From a virus (lineage: Duplodnaviria; Caudoviricetes): 64,000 nt of DNA. This document shows positions 30,101-39,305 of this stretch, piece after piece; the first letter of the stretch is position 1, and every line of letters starts with the position of its first letter. The notes under the pieces were generated by a model. That model was not told the origin of the DNA and ran no database searches. It saw nothing but the letters and a program-made list of their open reading frames with translations. The position numbers and the translations under genes are program-made. The stretch spans positions 1,102 through 65,101 of the IMG/VR virus record IMGVR_UViG_3300023174_000163; one strand, 5' to 3'.

Positions 30101-33100
30101 ATCAACAAAATTAGCACGTAGTTCTGGAGATAATGTTCTAGCGGTATCTTGTTTTGCAAACTGATAAATTTTTGCTAATGCGTCATCATGATAAAGTCTT
30201 CCTTCTGGAAGCATTGTTGCAGCTTTTAAAAGATTTCTTTTAAATACTCTTTGTGAATCTTTATCTAAGCCAGGCAAATATTTAAATAATCTTTCGTTTC
30301 TAGCACTTAGGGCTCTTATTAATTCTGATCTTGTTAAACCCCTCATACCCTGTCTAAGCGCTTGATTTTCTTTATCGTATAGACCTAAAATATTTCTGTC
30401 AAAAACTTGAACAGGATGGTCTGGCATTGCTGATGCAAATGCTGTTGCGCCTTTAGGTAAATTTTCTCCATACATACCTGGTAGTTCATGAGCATAGGCT
30501 TTCATTGGAAGACTTGCATGTGCACCAACTGGTTTAGAACGTGAATCAATATTTAAATCTGGAAGAGCAGATTTGCCAGATTGATTTAATGTGTCTAATA
30601 AATCTGTTCCAAGTGCCTGTACTGCTTCTTTTCTTAAAACATATTCTCCTTGTGTTAACCATGCTGGAACTGTATCTGTTCCATTTGGTCCGCCGTCCTG
30701 CATATATACTGGTCCACCAAAAGCAAATCTTTTTGGTCTTGTAGTTTCCATTGAGTATGGTGCACCAAATGTTTTGACTCCAAGCACTCCAGCAATTTTA
30801 TTAATAAGACCTCTGTTTCTTGGTCTTGTAAGCTCTTTCATATTTGCCTTACCTGATACTGGATCAAAAGCTGGTTGATTTACCAATGGCAACTGTGTTA
30901 AATTAATTGTTCTTCCTTGTGCAGTTGCAATTCCCGTTGCTGCCTCGCCCATCATTGCCTCAATATTAGCATTAAGAGAAATAATTTTTGCTCTTGCTTG
31001 ATCAACTGTTATCTTGCTTGCCTCTAACTCTGAAACAATTGCTGCCGCATCTGCTGCTGCAAGTTGTGTTAAAGAATTCATTTCTGGAAGTAATGCTTGA
31101 TATGAATCAGAAAGTGACTGCGTAATTAATCCAGTAGCTGCAACTTCACGTTTTAGCAAAGCTATTTCTTGTTCTGATTGCATTGCTAATGCACCAGTCA
31201 TTGCATGCCATTTAGCAGCTTCTTCTGCAACAATTCCAGTGGATACTCCACGAACAGCGCTTCCTCCTGCAACCTTTGGCAAATCTTTAGACATATACAT
31301 TTGTGGATTATTGCTAATTTTTTGATTAACTAATGGTGCTCCAGGAACAACTCCAAATATTGTTTGTGCAGATTTTTGTTGTGCTGTCATTCCACTAACT
31401 GGATTTAAATGAGAGAATGATCTAGTATCTCTTTCGCTTATAAGAGGGTGATTTGGAACAACCTCTCTTCCACCGCCCATTAAAGTTGTTCCAGCAATTG
31501 TTGAAATTTGTGGCTGAACTGATATTGTTCCGTTTGTTGCTTTTGCTGATAATACAGAAAGTTCTGCATTTAAATTTGCTAATGCTTGTTCTAAAATATT
31601 TGCTGCTTTAGCATCACTATAGAATGTTGTCTCCATAAGATTTCCAGCTTTTTGAGCTGCTAAAATTTCAGGGGTTAATAACTTCCATCCTTCTCCACCT
31701 TTAAATAATGCTTTGAAATGTGCTACACCTTTAACAATATATCCAAAAAAGTTGGCAAGCACACCAGTTAACATAATTGCAGGTCCAGCTAATGCTGTTA
31801 ATCCGCCAATTAAAGTTAAAATCTTTTTAATTGGATCTGGTAGCTTATTATTGAATTGAATTACTTTATCAATTAAATTAACAAAAAATGTTTGAATGTT
31901 AAGGAATGACTCTCCAACACCAGCTAGATCTGCCTTTAATCCTTCTAAAGCTCTGCGATATTTACCAGATGCAGACTCTGTTACCTGTGACAATTCTCGA
32001 CCTGCAATATTTGCTAAATCTGTTGTACTTGCCTTCATTAAATCTAATACTTGTAAGGTTTGGCTTCCTTGTTTTCCTAAATTCTCAAATAACGCTGACA
32101 TTCTAGCAAATTGGAATTTACCAAATAACTGTTCAATTGCTTTTGATTTACTTAATGGGTCTAGTGTATCTAAAGCTTTTTGTAAACCTAATATTGTTGC
32201 TGTTAAATTTCCAGCATTGTTTGCAACAATTCCGCCTAAATCTATTCCCATTCCCGCGAACATTTCTCTAGCAACTTTTGTTGGATTAATAAGTGAAGCT
32301 AATGAAGATTTAATTGCATTTGCACCTTCTGATGCATTAATTCCGCCTTCTTTCATTGCTGTTAAATAGAGTGCTAAATCTTGTATGCTTCCGCCAAGAG
32401 CTTTTACAACTGGTCCCGCTTTTGGAATTGCTTCAATTAAATCATTTAGACTTGTTGAGGTTTGGTTTTCAACTGCGTTAAGGAAGTTAATTGATTCTGC
32501 TAATTGCTGAGTATTTTGTTTAAATCCACTCTGAATTGCAAGAGTCGCTTTCATTGCATCTTGTCTGCTAACTTCACCCAATATAGAAAGTCTTGTTGTT
32601 TCTCTTGTTGACTGAAGCAATTCATTACCTTGTTTACCAGTTGCTGCAATATCTGCTGCTAATGCAATTGTTTCATTATAAGATGCTCCATATGATTTTG
32701 ATAATTCATTTGCTGTAGCTGAAACTTCTCTTCTAATCTTGCCTAACTCAACTGCAGAAGTTTGTGCAACTCCACCATAAACTTTTGTAAGTCTAACTAA
32801 TTGTTCATCTGCAACTTTAAATGCATCTGCTGCTGCTTTTCCAAATGCGGCAATTGGTACGGTAAGTCCAACAGTTAACTGACGTCCAGCCCACTGAGTA
32901 TTTTTACCCCAATTAATTAACTGCACTCCGCCGTCTTGAATTACCTTATTCATGATTTGCATTTCTTGCTTAAGCAGTGCAGCTTTATTCTTAGTTGCGT
33001 CCAGTCCTCTTGGAACCTGTACGTTAAATTGCATTAACCCTTCAGCATTTCTGCCTAATGGTTGTAGTATTGCATTTTGTAATTGAACTTGTTGTTTTGC

Positions 33101-33433
33101 TAAATCTCTAATTAAACCGCCTGCGGTTTTTGAATGATTTTGCCATGTGCCATAATAATCTTTTAATTTAAGTTTTCCAGTATCTAAATTTTTACCAAAT
33201 TTTTCTACATCTGAGGAAAGGCTTACAAAGTGTGTTGAGAATTGTCCAGTACTTCTTAATGTTGATGCAAAGTTTTGCTGGATTTTTGCTGCCTGCAAAG
33301 CAAGGGCTTTATCTGTAGTTGTAAGAGTTTGTTTTAATTGGGCAAGATTAGTAGTAACCTTATTGACATTTGCAATAAGATCTGAAAAGTCAGCATTAGC
33401 GACTATATTCGTGACTATGTTTTCATCAGCCAT
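27161..33433 (-). CDS. Tape measure protein (2090 aa)
   Basis: Length, Ala-rich helices, TP901-like core (AGRQLTVGLTVPI..., INASEGANAIKS), position after chaperones. Confidence 0.92.
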   Translation of the reverse strand: MADENIVTNIVANADFSDLIANVNKVTTNLAQLKQTLTTTDKALALQAAKIQQNFASTLRSTGQFSTHFVSLSSDVEKFGKNLDTGKLKLKDYYGTWQNHSKTAGGLIRDLAKQQVQLQNAILQPLGRNAEGLMQFNVQVPRGLDATKNKAALLKQEMQIMNKVIQDGGVQLINWGKNTQWAGRQLTVGLTVPIAAFGKAAADAFKVADEQLVRLTKVYGGVAQTSAVELGKIRREVSATANELSKSYGASYNETIALAADIAATGKQGNELLQSTRETTRLSILGEVSRQDAMKATLAIQSGFKQNTQQLAESINFLNAVENQTSTSLNDLIEAIPKAGPVVKALGGSIQDLALYLTAMKEGGINASEGANAIKSSLASLINPTKVAREMFAGMGIDLGGIVANNAGNLTATILGLQKALDTLDPLSKSKAIEQLFGKFQFARMSALFENLGKQGSQTLQVLDLMKASTTDLANIAGRELSQVTESASGKYRRALEGLKADLAGVGESFLNIQTFFVNLIDKVIQFNNKLPDPIKKILTLIGGLTALAGPAIMLTGVLANFFGYIVKGVAHFKALFKGGEGWKLLTPEILAAQKAGNLMETTFYSDAKAANILEQALANLNAELSVLSAKATNGTISVQPQISTIAGTTLMGGGREVVPNHPLISERDTRSFSHLNPVSGMTAQQKSAQTIFGVVPGAPLVNQKISNNPQMYMSKDLPKVAGGSAVRGVSTGIVAEEAAKWHAMTGALAMQSEQEIALLKREVAATGLITQSLSDSYQALLPEMNSLTQLAAADAAAIVSELEASKITVDQARAKIISLNANIEAMMGEAATGIATAQGRTINLTQLPLVNQPAFDPVSGKANMKELTRPRNRGLINKIAGVLGVKTFGAPYSMETTRPKRFAFGGPVYMQDGGPNGTDTVPAWLTQGEYVLRKEAVQALGTDLLDTLNQSGKSALPDLNIDSRSKPVGAHASLPMKAYAHELPGMYGENLPKGATAFASAMPDHPVQVFDRNILGLYDKENQALRQGMRGLTRSELIRALSARNERLFKYLPGLDKDSQRVFKRNLLKAATMLPEGRLYHDDALAKIYQFAKQDTARTLSPELRANFVDVMSAANVPKGYRPESFKDYAGTSNLPVMTAAEAKAASGKENFFYTSPTSASGKSGKTTVIVTDASGNKHSITTSGSKLFKKGIMQDPMMRKGLNTKRIGRTLAEVLMNTKIRRGFATGGMVGGAGPRYYENGTPGGVAAYKEGLKNPYGKGLVSGMSGKPMGLGAQLGIGMAGGIAGSMVGGNAGTAIMMASNILPMMTALKGFGGALPSITKVASVLGKLTIPGAVIGGLTVAVMLINKFRKDAENAGKVNRAMFGGTKEQLAEVGIQYTSISDRIKDMNTQLELNKAKIESSYNSFTKSGIPGLTLTIQQLKDGIDKAKTSAKETVALFNNVDKSRVNELATSMKAQYVAMGMSVEEATNTIYTLVAASNKSKQALGAITSSGFKDIIDKASAATSQVEKLGKVIQGSRAFNAQEFNVGMDAALNSLNSYKDSLVGIKDSSGKIKTESEALAETIAKIKGTTGATSTINSQNLEAYKMQNLEMASILGKSESILSIFSKYQLVAAGLSDVMNIGAMTGDQAISVAAGYQKVKDAATTIVSETAIGKLVATRVANQTKLQNIAKAASKQDSSYYDNAIKKNQKLIDALEEERKKRLAILDIQEQSQNFETSIKQAQIKYQEALASGNMAQAAQEQLNIQKLRGDRERELARKAINDKFDAERKTLETQIEKLQNQKDAKSKAAAGSVAGAAKAAEDTQAAKDFEGEIVRIIAKYGGKNTPDAQKALAVAFNTAKSSKDPSLVKTAKEMEGQYKATGPSFNSAPGPSDLANRKSTYDVMFEALSQDTIAKAESNKEFADAVKSFILAVETFTGKKVPVEKTSQINTGKVGSTSVGGITLPPPVKPSRGSTTVGGITLPNFGKASGGYISGAGNGTSDSIPAMLSNGEYVVRAKSVQAVGMPMLDRINKMAMGGPVYNVPAYSIGGKVKYNSGGMATSSNSLYNINVTLNGTDLSPDDVANAIERKMKLREATIGRGRSN

Positions 33434-33442
33434 TTATATATG

Positions 33443-33694
33443 CTACCCCTTTTCGTATCCTAATCCCGCTCCAATTCCAAAGCCCGCACTTGATGCTAAT
33501 TGCCCTTGTAGTGAAACTATATCGTCACCACTAGCATTTATACCAAGTGCACGTCTTTGTACATCTTCGAAGGAAGGACCCTCTTGTTCTTCACCATCTT
33601 TTCCTAAGTCTACACCTTGGATAGATGCTAAAAATCTTCTTTTTTCTGATTCAACTTTTTGTATTGATTTTAAAGTTTGAATCAGTTCTGGCAT
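33443..33694 (-). CDS. Tail assembly chaperone, frameshifted C-terminal part (gpT-like)
   Basis: This frame is open upstream through the slippery site at 33808-33814. Confidence 0.75.
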   Translation of the reverse strand: MPELIQTLKSIQKVESEKRRFLASIQGVDLGKDGEEQEGPSFEDVQRRALGINASGDDIVSLQGQLASSAGFGIGAGLGYEKG

Positions 33695-33771
33695 TGAAAG
33701 ATTATCTTCTAGTTCTTCGTAATTCTTCCAGTGTCCTAAAAGAAAAACTTCACCCTCTAAAGCGGCTAAAT

Positions 33772-34104
33772 TTAGTTCTGACCAGCCAGAACCGCTGCCG
33801 CTAGAAGGTTTGGGTCGTCCATCTTAATCCCACCGCATACTTCAAGGATACGATTGATTGTGGGTACGTCTAATGCATCTTCTAATGCATCTCTATCTGC
33901 TACCAATTCTGGTAACTGCTTTTCTAGTGCAACTGCACATGCATCAATAAGGATATCTAATGTCTCATCTTCTGATTTTGTTTCTGCGGTTTTGCCAATT
34001 GCCGCCATAAACTTTCTTAGCTCTTTAATTGTAAGGGGCTTTAATTTTACCTTAGCCCCGTTTTGTAATTCAATTTCTTCTACGTCGTAGATTGTAGTAG
34101 CCAA
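33772..34104 (-). CDS. Tail assembly chaperone (gpG-like)
   Basis: Between tail tube and tape measure; LKPLTIKELRKF; TTG start with AGGAGG. Confidence 0.8.
   Translation of the reverse strand: MATTIYDVEEIELQNGAKVKLKPLTIKELRKFMAAIGKTAETKSEDETLDILIDACAVALEKQLPELVADRDALEDALDVPTINRILEVCGGIKMDDPNLLAAAVLAGQN
33808..33814 (-). other. Programmed -1 frameshift slippery heptamer C CCA AAC
   Basis: X XXY YYZ in correct phase; the -1 frame continues KPSSGSGSGWSELNLAALEGEVFLLGHWKNYEELEDNLSMPEL. Confidence 0.8.
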
Positions 34105-34130
34105 TTTATCCTCCTAGGATTGTCTTAATT

Positions 34131-34159
34131 ATTATAACAAAACACGCTTATTAATACAA
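34131..34159 (-). promoter_or_regulatory. sigma70-type promoter for chaperone/tape-measure operon
   Basis: TTGTAT-17-(TGT)TATAAT. Confidence 0.65.
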
Positions 34160-34162
34160 GCA

Positions 34163-34190
34163 GAAAACCCCCAAATTAATGGGGGTTTCC
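34163..34190 (-). terminator. Intrinsic terminator after major tail gene
   Basis: AAACCCCCA-TTAATT-TGGGGGTTTTC. Confidence 0.7.
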
Positions 34191-34213
34191 GACAATCTAA
34201 ATAAATTTAGATA

Positions 34214-34921
34214 TTATGAGTAAACTCGGTCAATAATCTTACCGTACTCTGAACCAGCGTATGCTGATTCTGGGAGTAGACGGAATGTTACTGGGAATGT
34301 TGTTGGAGTATTACGTGCCAACGAGAATTGTGACTGTTGTACAGAAAGAACACGACGTGCATAATATACACGCTCATTCTTTAAATAAGATGTCACTGCA
34401 TAATCTGGAGCTGGACCAACAGCTACGAGCTGACGCTCTACTGGTGCTGATAAAAGTGCTCCTGCTGCAAGACCTAATTGCTTAGGTGTTGTAGATGTTG
34501 GATCTGCAGACGTTAGTGTCTCATCTGCTGTTACTGTTGTTACTGATCCACCTGAAATTGTTCCTGGCTGTCCAAAAACTGCAAGTACGTTCTCAAGAAC
34601 GCCTTCTGCCATTTCTGTTGCAATCATAACTTCCATTGACTCCTTGAATAGCTTTGCGCTATCTAGAAGTTGATCTACTGTTACATTTCCATAAGTTGGG
34701 TTGTATGTAATCTGAAGACCGTTGTTTGTGTACCCGACATTCTTCCACTTAGTTGTTGCTGCATCTAAAGTTGTAGTATAAGATGCTGATGAAGAAAATG
34801 CTGCTTTATTTGAACCCACTGTTGGGTCTAAAGAAGAATCTCCTGTTGTAGCAACGCTAAGGAACAATGGTGATGCACCAACGATAATATTCTTTGCGTT
34901 ATTTGGCGCTGAAATTGCCAT
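34214..34921 (-). CDS. Major tail (tube) protein
   Basis: NIIVGA, VGYTNNGLQITY, VDQLLD, FPVTFRLLP; strong SD; position. Confidence 0.85.
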   Translation of the reverse strand: MAISAPNNAKNIIVGASPLFLSVATTGDSSLDPTVGSNKAAFSSSASYTTTLDAATTKWKNVGYTNNGLQITYNPTYGNVTVDQLLDSAKLFKESMEVMIATEMAEGVLENVLAVFGQPGTISGGSVTTVTADETLTSADPTSTTPKQLGLAAGALLSAPVERQLVAVGPAPDYAVTSYLKNERVYYARRVLSVQQSQFSLARNTPTTFPVTFRLLPESAYAGSEYGKIIDRVYS

Positions 34922-34998
34922 ATGTTTTACCTCCTGTTATTTCAAAATCATAAATAAATCTATCAAAAGCTGGCTAGGCTGTCTTTCCTCTTAGTACA

Positions 34999-35027
34999 AT
35001 AATAGGCCTTTTTGGGTAAAAAGGCAA
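34999..35027 (-). promoter_or_regulatory. sigma70-type promoter for major tail gene
   Basis: TTGCCT-17-TATTAT; same TTTGCCTTTTTA element as at about 40642-40653. Confidence 0.6.
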
Positions 35028-35028
35028 A

Positions 35029-35538
35029 CTAAATAAACCTGCCGTTTGCCCCTGCTGCTCTTGAGTATTTAATTTCTAAAACAATATCTGCTGAAAGGAA
35101 TCCTTCCATTTCTTCAGATGGCTCTGTTGGGGAAATGTCTGCTATAAAGATACTATAGAATTGAAATTTATCTGATAGGTCTACCCAGTTATTTACATCT
35201 CTAGCTGATTCATCTACTCTTCTAAATTCATCTGTCATAAAGTTTCTAATCTCATTTATCTCAGCAACGTCTGTTGAATATATAGTAAATAGGATTTGTT
35301 CACAGCATATGGCCCACAAATCCTCATATGACATACCTATCTTGTCATAAACAATATGTTTCTTCCCGCTCAAGAATTGATTGAGTTCCGCCACCTGTTG
35401 GACGGGAATAATAGGAACTGTAATATCTCCTATATTTTCACTATAGTAATCATCCTCATTAAATATCTCTGTATCCTTTAATCGCTTCCAAATATACTTG
35501 CGTAATTCTAGCATTGCGTCTAATTTATAATTAACCAT
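35029..35538 (-). CDS. Putative tail terminator/completion protein
   Basis: Position and size. Confidence 0.55.
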   Translation of the reverse strand: MVNYKLDAMLELRKYIWKRLKDTEIFNEDDYYSENIGDITVPIIPVQQVAELNQFLSGKKHIVYDKIGMSYEDLWAICCEQILFTIYSTDVAEINEIRNFMTDEFRRVDESARDVNNWVDLSDKFQFYSIFIADISPTEPSEEMEGFLSADIVLEIKYSRAAGANGRFI

Positions 35539-36317
35539 TATGCACCTCCAAATGCTGAAGTTAGAGCAAAGTTTGCTTGGGCTCTAACTGTATTTGCAGA
35601 AAATGAATATTTAACTCTTTTAATATCAATTGGAACTTTTAATGCTTTACTAATTGAACTATTAAACATTTTTTGAAATCCTGATTTTTTAATTGATAGG
35701 TTAACTAAATTGCCTGTAAAGAATTGTTTGTATGCCATCTTGAAGGAGTCTTTTACTCTAGTCCCTCCAGGCTTTGTAACGGTCACTACAGCCCCTTTGG
35801 GCATAAATACGGTATAACCATTAACCTCAAAAACAAGTCGCTCTGCGGACCTTGGGCGGATTACTATGGGTATACCAGATTCCATTACTGCAGCTTTATT
35901 TGCAAACACATGTCTATGCTTGCCTTTGCCTGTTGGAACTAATGATTTAGATAATTTAAAATCATATCCTATTTTAAATGATAGTCCATCCTGTGATAAC
36001 TTTTTTATTTGAAATAATCTTGATTCTGGATTTCCAGTCTTCTTCCATTCATAAACATGGTGAAATGCAACTGGAGCTGTTCTTGCCTTAGCATCTATAT
36101 ATGCGCCAAAGTCTTCATTAATTTGATTATATATCATTGTATTAAATTTAGTTTGAAAGTTTTTATTAGAAGTTAGTTTTGCCATAACTTGGGCTTGATA
36201 ATATACAGTAGCAGAAATTTGAGCAACAGTTGAGTCTTTTAGTATAGAGGTGTTTAATCCAGTCATTAGTGATTCTAATCCGCTGGCTACAGATACTAAT
36301 GCTGCACTAGATTCCAA
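35538..36317 (-). CDS. Putative neck protein
   Basis: Basic protein in head-tail joining block. Confidence 0.5.
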   Translation of the reverse strand: MESSAALVSVASGLESLMTGLNTSILKDSTVAQISATVYYQAQVMAKLTSNKNFQTKFNTMIYNQINEDFGAYIDAKARTAPVAFHHVYEWKKTGNPESRLFQIKKLSQDGLSFKIGYDFKLSKSLVPTGKGKHRHVFANKAAVMESGIPIVIRPRSAERLVFEVNGYTVFMPKGAVVTVTKPGGTRVKDSFKMAYKQFFTGNLVNLSIKKSGFQKMFNSSISKALKVPIDIKRVKYSFSANTVRAQANFALTSAFGGA

Positions 36318-36732
36318 TTACTTGGTTCTCCGATCTTTTAGCTGTTGTGCTATGTCCAATAACTGTTCCAAATGGATCAAGTATCGGCGTGACACCAATA
36401 ACCTCAAATACGGTTGGGGACTCGGAAGGATAGTTTAATTCTTTCCAGATATAGTTATTGTTCTTGTCTCTAATTGCTGTAATCTTATGTCTGATATTTA
36501 ACTTTTCTACAGTTCTAATTTGTATCATTTGTTCATTAGTATACTTATTAGTCATAACCTGTCTATCCCCGCCTCTTGATGTTGCAGAGTTGCTGATTAT
36601 TCCCTTAGCACTACAATTTAATGTAGTTCTATATTGAAATTCTTTTATCATAGCGCCAGTATCTGGATCTTGTGTGTCTGCTTGGACGTAAACATCCAGC
36701 AGCATTGGCAATACTGATGTTGCAATATCCAT
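36307..36732 (-). CDS. Putative head closure (stopper) protein
   Basis: QDPDTG..IKE, FEVIGVTP..DPFG; position. Confidence 0.6.
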   Translation of the reverse strand: MDIATSVLPMLLDVYVQADTQDPDTGAMIKEFQYRTTLNCSAKGIISNSATSRGGDRQVMTNKYTNEQMIQIRTVEKLNIRHKITAIRDKNNNYIWKELNYPSESPTVFEVIGVTPILDPFGTVIGHSTTAKRSENQVIGI

Positions 36733-36733
36733 T

Positions 36734-37720
36734 TTAGAATGCTACCATTCCATTAATTACATACGGTGTTAATAGCTGATCTGCGTAAAGATTTCCAGTT
36801 CCTCTGTGTGCATCTTCCATGTAGTCAAATTTCCAGTCAAATGTACTGATACTCTTTACATACTTGTTTCTCCAAGCAGTATCTTTTTCAAAAAACTGCT
36901 GAATTAAAATAATGCATGCTTCTTCTACGTTGTCTGGTACCGATGACCATCCAAATCGTCCAGCAACAGAATATCTAAAATCTTTTTTAAATGCTCCTGC
37001 AAATCCTCTATCATTAATTGACGGTGGGATTAAACCATTAGCTGTGTAAGTTACATTGTCCATCAGGTCTTGTCTATTTACTCTAATGCCAAAATTAGAT
37101 TCAGATATGACTGGATCATATACCCAGTTGCTAACATTATTAATATTATCTACTAAAAGAACATCATTCTCATACACTTCATGTATTTCATATATTCTAA
37201 ATGGAAGAGGAAGAATATCGGATCCATGTCCATAAATAATTTGAGTATCATCGTATAGATAGAAGAATTGTGCAGTAAATGATTCAATCAATTTACGGGC
37301 ATATTTTTCTGCCATCTGTAATTCATGATATGTTTTATAGTTTGGATCACTAACATCTGTACCTATATTTAAATCTTCAATTACTTCAGCTAGGTTTGCA
37401 TATGGAGTTACAACATCTGTATATGTGGTATGTGAACCAGCAGAACCAGAAACAGTATACGTCCAAACAATTTTAAACTTTCTATTTCTGCGGCAAAATG
37501 ATATTGGCAGAATAATTTGATACGTTCCAGCATCTGACTCTAGTTTTGTGGCAGTTATTGTTGTTTGCACTGTTCCTGGTGAAACAGTTGGATTGATTGT
37601 TGCATCTTCTGTAATATCATATAAAGTTGCAACTACGCTTCCATCGGCATCAACAATTTCACCTGCCCAAAAAATTTTAGTCTTAATTGGTGATGTTTGA
37701 TCTTTGTATATCTCTGCCAT
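36734..37720 (-). CDS. Head-tail adaptor protein
   Basis: YANLAEV, GRFGWSSVPDNVEEAC, TGNLYADQLLTPY. Confidence 0.7.
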   Translation of the reverse strand: MAEIYKDQTSPIKTKIFWAGEIVDADGSVVATLYDITEDATINPTVSPGTVQTTITATKLESDAGTYQIILPISFCRRNRKFKIVWTYTVSGSAGSHTTYTDVVTPYANLAEVIEDLNIGTDVSDPNYKTYHELQMAEKYARKLIESFTAQFFYLYDDTQIIYGHGSDILPLPFRIYEIHEVYENDVLLVDNINNVSNWVYDPVISESNFGIRVNRQDLMDNVTYTANGLIPPSINDRGFAGAFKKDFRYSVAGRFGWSSVPDNVEEACIILIQQFFEKDTAWRNKYVKSISTFDWKFDYMEDAHRGTGNLYADQLLTPYVINGMVAF

Positions 37721-37735
37721 TATTTACGTTCTAGA

Positions 37736-38131
37736 TTAGCTATAGAAGTCTTGTGCTTCCTTTGGTGTAGCTGGTCTAAAACCCTCCTCTTTATCAAAGA
37801 TCGCTTGTGCTTTGTCTGAAGACATTGCTACAAATGGGTGCTCTTTGGTGAATGTTTGTCCCATAATATCATAACGGAAGTTTGCTCTAGTCATTCTAAC
37901 AAGAACCATATCTTCTGTAAGTTTTTGATTCTTATCAAATCTAGGAAGAATTTCTATTTCTTCCGCCTCTTCTTCAATCTTCTTAATTGTTTGTTCGTAT
38001 ACTGCCCAAGTTACGCCTTCTTCTGATAGGGCTGCAATAATATCGTTTTTGTTTTTTAGGCTAGTTGTTTCAACTGCAAAGTCCTCTGCAATTTTCTTTA
38101 GTTCTGCTACCTTTAGGGTGTCAAATGACAT
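37736..38131 (-). CDS. Hypothetical protein with Rho-N/HeH-like N-terminus
   Basis: LKVAELKKIAE...KNKNDIIAAL. Confidence 0.6.
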   Translation of the reverse strand: MSFDTLKVAELKKIAEDFAVETTSLKNKNDIIAALSEEGVTWAVYEQTIKKIEEEAEEIEILPRFDKNQKLTEDMVLVRMTRANFRYDIMGQTFTKEHPFVAMSSDKAQAIFDKEEGFRPATPKEAQDFYS

Positions 38132-38160
38132 CTTATATTCTCCTTTTTCTAGGTCAATTA

Positions 38161-38169
38161 ATTATAGCA
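38161..38169 (-). promoter_or_regulatory. Extended -10 promoter
   Basis: TGCTATAAT directly after capsid terminator; SD AAGGAG downstream. Confidence 0.6.
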
Positions 38170-38185
38170 TTAGTAAATTAAAATG

Positions 38186-38211
38186 AAAAGCCCCCAAAAT
38201 TAATTGGGGGC
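38186..38211 (-). terminator. Intrinsic terminator after major capsid gene
   Basis: GCCCCCAA-TTAATT-TTGGGGGC-TTTTC. Confidence 0.72.
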
Positions 38212-38235
38212 CTCTCTTGCGGATTTAATCCTAAA

Positions 38236-39285
38236 TTATGAAGCGACCTTTACGTTCTTCACAACAACCCAAGCATCTGCTTGTTCGATCTGGACGCCAA
38301 CACGAGTATACATTGTGTACTCAATTGAGTCCTTACGTGGCCAGAAGAAACGGTAAACAGTTACATCACGCTTGATTCCAACAACAATGTTGTTAGGGAA
38401 TGTCAAGTGAATATCTCCGTGGTTACCTGTTTCTAGTGTGTAGTCTCCGTCTTGTGCTTCGTTAAGAAGTGGAACTTCAACAATTGGAATACCAAATGCA
38501 TAAGGTGCTACGTAACCTGCTGGTCCTGAGACTGGCTGTACATCTCCACGAATGATGCTTGAAGCAATATCCTGTGGAATTGTCTGGTTAGTACCAATGC
38601 TGTTTGCATATAGGAAATCTTGGATCAAGTTTGATCCAACTAAGAAGCGAAGATCAGCACGGCGCTGCTTGTACTTACGTGGGAGATTCTTTAGTGCATT
38701 GTTAAATGATGCACGAGTAATTGCTGCTCCACCGTTGTCAACAACGTGACCGTATGCCTTAGCCTTCTTTACAACACCATCAAATGCCTTGTATAGGTTA
38801 TCACCTGATAGAGATGTGTTACCGTTTAGTAGAACATCTTCAATGTCGTTTCCTGCTTGTGTTGCCATCATTCTGGCAATATGATCTTCTAGATCTGGAC
38901 CTTCAATGTTGTCTTCTAGAGACTCTGTTGAAAGTTCCCAATCCAAACGAAGCTTCTTTGTTGTCAAAGAAATCTTTGAGAAAGAGACTGCTGAGTTGCC
39001 ACCAGTTGTATCAGCTTCGGTTGCTAGAACCATAAGCTTTTCTCCTACTGACATGCGATCAATTTCTGTTGTATCTGCTTTCATTCTTACTGTACGGGCG
39101 ACTTTACCAATTACGGTTGCGTCGAACATATAGTCAAGGAAGCGAGCCGACTGCTCTGGGTTAAGGAGTCCACCTTCACCCTCAGAGCCGATGTGTACTC
39201 CGCTAGTAGCTACTGCGGAACCTGTCATGTTAGCTGTAACGTGTGTGTTAGATGCTACTGACTTTTCTAATAATTCATTGCTCAT
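38236..39285 (-). CDS. Major capsid protein (HK97 fold)
   Basis: GGLLNPEQSARF, LRLDWELSTESLEDNIEG, NLPRKY, GIPIVEVP. Confidence 0.92.
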   Translation of the reverse strand: MSNELLEKSVASNTHVTANMTGSAVATSGVHIGSEGEGGLLNPEQSARFLDYMFDATVIGKVARTVRMKADTTEIDRMSVGEKLMVLATEADTTGGNSAVSFSKISLTTKKLRLDWELSTESLEDNIEGPDLEDHIARMMATQAGNDIEDVLLNGNTSLSGDNLYKAFDGVVKKAKAYGHVVDNGGAAITRASFNNALKNLPRKYKQRRADLRFLVGSNLIQDFLYANSIGTNQTIPQDIASSIIRGDVQPVSGPAGYVAPYAFGIPIVEVPLLNEAQDGDYTLETGNHGDIHLTFPNNIVVGIKRDVTVYRFFWPRKDSIEYTMYTRVGVQIEQADAWVVVKNVKVAS

Positions 39286-39305
39286 ATATTTTCACCTACC
39301 TTTGT

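Noticed and set aside
34922-34998. Possible structured RNA leader of the major tail gene (GAGGAAAGACAGCCTAGCCAGC...)
   Set aside because: No convincing stem or known motif could be established by eye; would need covariation analysis
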